Position numbers and translations under genes: made by a program
The notes under the pieces: model-generated
The model's input: only the letters and a program-made list of their open reading frames with translations
What the model was told of the DNA's origin: nothing
Database searches by the model: none
Shown: positions 58,969 through 64,000 of the stretch, piece by piece
How positions within the stretch are numbered: position 1 is the first letter of the stretch
Layout of the letters: each line of letters starts with the position of its first letter
Assembly (NCBI GenBank): GCA_964016885.1
Contig: OZ024744.1
Coordinates: forward strand, 66,526,001-66,590,000
Direction of reading: 5' to 3'
Source: Eledone cirrhosa
Taxonomy: Eukaryota
DNA length: 64,000 bases

Positions 58969-61167
58969 TTGAGGAGTTTGGGTAATGTCAAGTTTAATTT
59001 TTCCTTTGAAATATTTACCTAGCTTAGTCAAATATCCTCTCTAAACAGGGCCAGATTAACTCATTTTGGGGCACCCAGTACATAAACATCAATATATAAA
59101 TTCCGTAAAAAAAACAAAAAAACATTTGGAATGACAAATACATTTAATTTGAATAAAATGGTGACCCTTCCCTTGTCATAAGCATTTGGTTATTTCGTTT
59201 AATGGTTAGTTCAGATCTGTATCTAAGTTGTTCATATCTTTAACACTACAGAAAACTGAGATAACTCGACTGTCTGGATTTCTAGCGGCTGGTTACGTAT
59301 CTAAAGAGAGCACAATGGGAATGGAAGTTCGGTTAGTATAGAAGGATAGATTTCAGAATTGGGGAAAACGTTTGAAAACAATTTTTTTCTGAAGAAATAG
59401 AAAACTAGTATCCTACCAGAAATGTACAACAGACTTTGATGCCATTAATAACGACGAACGAATTTTTAGTTTGATTGTCCAGGATTTGTATGACATCCTG
59501 TGCACGCCCTATTTTGAATTGATATCCTAAAGACTTAGTCATGCGGGCTCTTTTTTAAACTATCAAATAATAGACATCACACCACCTGGCCTGTTCTCCC
59601 CTATTCTCCTGTCTTACTTTTTCTACACCTCAGTGTCCTTCTTGGTCTGCACATTGGACTTCAGTCCTTATTCTCTTCTGTTTTACTATTTCTCTTCTTT
59701 ATTTTTCTTCTTTGCACACTCTATATTTGTGTAATTTTCCGAAAGGCATAACTTGTCTCTGGTTGCTTTGCTGTTTCCCAATGTGCAATGGTATCGACCA
59801 TCAAACCGTAACCGTAGTGATTTCAAGAGGTTGACTGAGGAGATGGGACTATCCGTCTTTCTGGTGATTTTTTTTCCATTGTCTTTGTCCTGTGCGCTCC
59901 TTATTTTGAATATATATATATATATATATATAATAAAGAATTCATATCTAGTAACATATATATACATACAGATGCATATCAATGCTAGCAAATATATAGG
60001 TTTTGTCTTAATAACAATGTGGTTCAGTGCATGGGGTTGCAGAACAATAATATAAGAGACGTAAAATAAGAAAATTATAAAATCAACTTACTTACTAAAA
60101 TATCACTTCCAACTAATTAGTTTCTGGAATGGAGTAAATATATTTTCCGAAGAATAATATTGAGAAGCATTCCGTCGTCAGGAAAGTCTATTCTCATGTA
60201 AGTTTCCAGGCAAAGCGAGGACACTGGAAACTTATTAAAAAATAATTCAGTGGATAGGAAATAGCGAAGCGTGGACTGAATTCCAAGCCATTGAGAAAAT
60301 CACTGCCTCTACGTCTGTGGCAAATTCAAAAGTCAGCCCTCATCGTCAGCCCTCATCGTCAGCCCTCATCGTCAGCCCTCATCGTTAGGCCATCCTTGTA
60401 CAAAACCAGTACTATTAATTTACCCAGGAGGGGGATTTGTTTAAGTAGAGGGAGCCGTGATACATCTAATAGTTATGATTAGATCTGTAATTTAAAGGTA
60501 CTATATGGCGGTCAAAAAACTGGCTGCGCGCCGGGCCCCTGGGGCGAATCAAGCCGCTCTGAGTAGTTTCATTTACCGAAAGAAGGGGAAATTTACTTTT
60601 CGAAGCACTCAAGGTAGGCCCATGCGCCAGGGGGCCGGTCCCGCCGCCAGGAAAACCAACCCAACAGTCCGACAGAAAATTGGAACGTTAAATTATTGTT
60701 TAGATTTATAGGATGAAGTTGAAAAAATTTAAGATTAACATTATAAAATTAAAGAGTTAGAAAATTGAGAATTAAACAGTTAGAAAATTGAAAATTAAAC
60801 AGTTTAAAACTTTTTAAAGTTTTTGGTTGCAAGGTTTAGTTAAAGAGAGAGTCTTTTATGAAGAAACTTTAATTGTATTATAGAGATCCTCTATAGGTTA
60901 TCCTAGTGGGATGTAGAGTAAAGGATATGTCCTTGTTTAGCACTCATACAGCATGTGGCGACTGTAGACCCCGGCAGCCCATCCTATCACATGTCAGCCA
61001 TTCCGAGTGAGATCGCCTAGCGAAAGATACGGAAATCAATTATTCCGAGCACTCAAGGAATGTATTCCAGGCGTCGGGTGTGCTAGTGGGGAGTCATCCA
61101 TCGTCGTTAAGCCGTCGTTATGCCAAACGAGTACTATTAATTTATACAGGAGAGTCCAGGTAATATG

Positions 61168-61595
61168 TATTTTTGTTCCCCGGGGAAGACATTCTAGTGT
61201 CGTCTGCTAATGGGTACAAGCGAGTAAAAGTCCCAATAAGAGGAGTAAAATACATGGATATATAGAAGTAGAATACGTGGAAAAGTACATTAATAAAGCA
61301 AAGGTAGAAAGATATAAATAAACAAACAATAGTGGTGGTGGAGTAAAATGGAGAAATCAAAACACAGGAGAAATACAATATAGTTCCGGTTGCAGTATTT
61401 TTGTTCCCAGGGGGAGACATTCTAGTGTCGTGTGAATAAGAGGAGTAAAAAGTACATGGATGTATAGAAGTAGAATACGTGGAAAAAGCACATTAATAGA
61501 GCAAAGGTAGAAAGATATAAATAAACAAACAAGAGTGGTGGTGGAGTAAATGGAGAAATCAAAACAGGAGAAATACAATATAGTTCAAGTTGCAG
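61168..61595. repeat. direct repeat, 2 copies of about 200-228 bp
   Basis: gtatttttgttccc.gggg..gacattctagtgtcgt at about 61167 and 61395. Confidence 0.85.
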
Positions 61596-62017
61596 TCAGA
61601 TAATGCATATAGATGTGGAAATGAAATCAGTGTGTTCGAGTCTGAGAATTCAGTGTGAGTTATACATGCCCTGATGTATAGGGTAGCGAATTTAGTCAAT
61701 ACAGTACAATACAATACAGGTTATGGCATAATCCGTAGAATTTCGTCAAAATCTGAATATTTGGAGAGGGAAGTAGCATTGGGCCACGTGGGCGGTAGGC
61801 AAAACACCGAGTAGCCAAAATCCGAATGGTGGTTAGATATATTCAGTCCCATGCCGCTGTTCATTATTACATTTGGAAGTGTTCAACATTTCAGGAGCAT
61901 TATTTATTCATGGATAGAGCTGGTCAATTCAGTATGGTCAATCTTAATGTAATAATATGGAGAGTACTCAACGTAAAGCAGCGTATCCCTGTAAATATTT
62001 ATTTACGGACCTTGCGA

Positions 62018-62075
62018 ATACCTGATGATATCACTGGATTCATACGGAACCCGGTCATTGAAATGATCATAGTAT
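62018..62075 (+). ncRNA. type I hammerhead ribozyme
   Basis: atac-CTGATGA(62022)...GAAA(62060)-tgatca-TA-gtat; palindromic stem III atgatcat. Confidence 0.65.
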
Positions 62076-62632
62076 AATAAACCTTTCAAGGATTTACACA
62101 AGCCCAGCCTCCTGTCATTTTATTATATATATATATATATATCAGGATTACGGGGTATATGAGCAATCATACAAACCTGGGACATTTGTGTTTTGATAAA
62201 TTAATGGTGTGCATTAGCGAATTAGCCTATAGTTTGTGTTAATTACTGATATGTGGAAGAGTTTAAAAAAAATTAAAAAAATGATATTTAGATAAAATAT
62301 TTCTCGAATATAATTACACAAATGTTCAGCATGTACACACAAATGACATGGTGGATTAAATGTGTGAGTATCTTCAGAGAAATAACTATTTACAGGGATA
62401 CATGTAGGGTTAGAACCTATGACCTTGTGATTGAAAAGCGAGCTTCTTATTGTAGCGACATGACTGAGATAGGAAATGCGTTTTATCTGTGCACAAAAAT
62501 TAAAGAATTATTTCAGATGGATATGGATATATGTATGAATTTGTTTTGCAAGGTTTTTTATATGAAATCGTGTGTTGAAACAAATATTGTTATGTTTGGG
62601 GAGGGTCGTATTGTTATAATATTGCCAGAAAT

Positions 62633-62800
62633 AATAATGGTTTCTTATATAGGCACAAGGCCAGCAATTTTGGGGGCGGGGAAAGTCAATTAAATGGACC
62701 CCAGTACGTGACTGGTACTTATTTTATCGACCTCGTAAGGATGAAAGGCAAAGTTAACCTCGGCGGGATTTGAACTCAGAACATACAGGGCCGAAACTAT
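62633..62800 (-). mobile_element. SINE family 2, truncated
   Basis: Family sequence. Confidence 0.75.
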
Positions 62801-63125
62801 TTTATTATTATTGCCAGAAATAATAATAAAACACTCACTATTGGATTGGTTTTCGCTTCTGTATCTTTTATATCTCCATAGTTAATTTATCTGGCAATCA
62901 ATGTTTATCATTGATTGACCAACGGTTAAAAATACAGATATAAATATATATATATACAGTCTATCAAAATTCTTTCGTCACACACCTGTGACATCACCAG
63001 TCGTACTATTATGTTTCCTCCCGTTGTATTGTAATGTCTACGCCATTTTTTTTTTTTTTTTTTGCGTAGACATTACTGGCAATATTATTACAATATGACC
63101 CTCCCCAAATATAACAATATGTATG

Positions 63126-63193
<68 letters not shown>

Positions 63194-63735
63194 TGCTCTC
63201 GAGTGTTACTGGGAACGAACATGTAACCGCGTACAACCTGTCTCATGGTCGGGTTGTCGGCGACTATACCGGCAACCCCACCAAGTTTGATTGGTGAGGA
63301 GGGTGATGTTTGGACACTCTGCGGGATGAAATACAAGACCCAGCAAAGGGCGGAGGAATTCAGCAGAATCAACGACCATCCAAATAGTAGGTTTTTATTT
63401 TACCTGGGAGTGATAGGCCCCCGTTGGGAAACTCTGAAAAAAACCTACGGCTTCGGAAGCATCCGATGATGTTGACCAGTTCTCCTTTTCGGGTAGTGTT
63501 TTCGATGCTCAGAGAGTGGGATTGGTCGAGTGCAAGGCCTTTCCCCACTGTGGCTGGCCGTAACCTAAAAGTGCACCAAACTCTATAATCTGACAAGCCA
63601 TTGCAATACTCTTAGCAGAGTTTGCAGCCATCATATATATATATATATATACATATATATACTGTATATTGTTACATTTGGGGAGGGTCATATTGTTATA
63701 ACACACACACACACACGCACACACACACACACACA

Positions 63736-63808
<73 letters not shown>

Positions 63809-64000
63809 TCAAACTAGGGAGCGCACAAGACAAAGACAAAGGAAAAAACAAATTAGAAAGGCGGACAGTTTCATCTCCTTAGTCAACCTCTGGAAATCAC
63901 TACAGTTTCGGTTTATTAAAGTTGATACCATTCATTCCATTGCACAAAGTGTGTGTGTAACGGCGTGTGGCTTATTGATTAGGCTTTTCGACTCACGATC

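Noticed and set aside
61826-62077. ORF upstream of the hammerhead as a GIY-YIG end
   Set aside because: No convincing motifs in any frame I translated.

Overview
Repeat-saturated, AT-rich eukaryotic (animal) DNA, intronic or intergenic. The mix of RTE LINEs with (GAT)n tails, tRNA-derived SINEs and huge (TA)n tracts suggests a cephalopod such as octopus (inference only). No intact host protein-coding gene is evident, apart from one possible duplicated exon near 55.7 and 57.0 kb. Recognisable parts: fragments of RTE, R4/Dong, CRE and CR1/L2 non-LTR retrotransposons, a Penelope-like GIY-YIG remnant, two or three SINE families, non-autonomous Helitrons, piggyBac and Tc1/mariner MITEs, and minisatellites. 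The standout signal is RNA-level. A 310-bp tandem array (16800-18510) carries one complete type I hammerhead ribozyme per unit, like a non-LTR retrozyme that could yield circRNAs. About a dozen further minimal hammerhead motifs from several families, including a compensatory U3-A8 core variant, sit in (TA)n tracts, often as fold-back palindromes typical of Penelope pseudo-LTR remnants. All structures were read by eye; none was computed.
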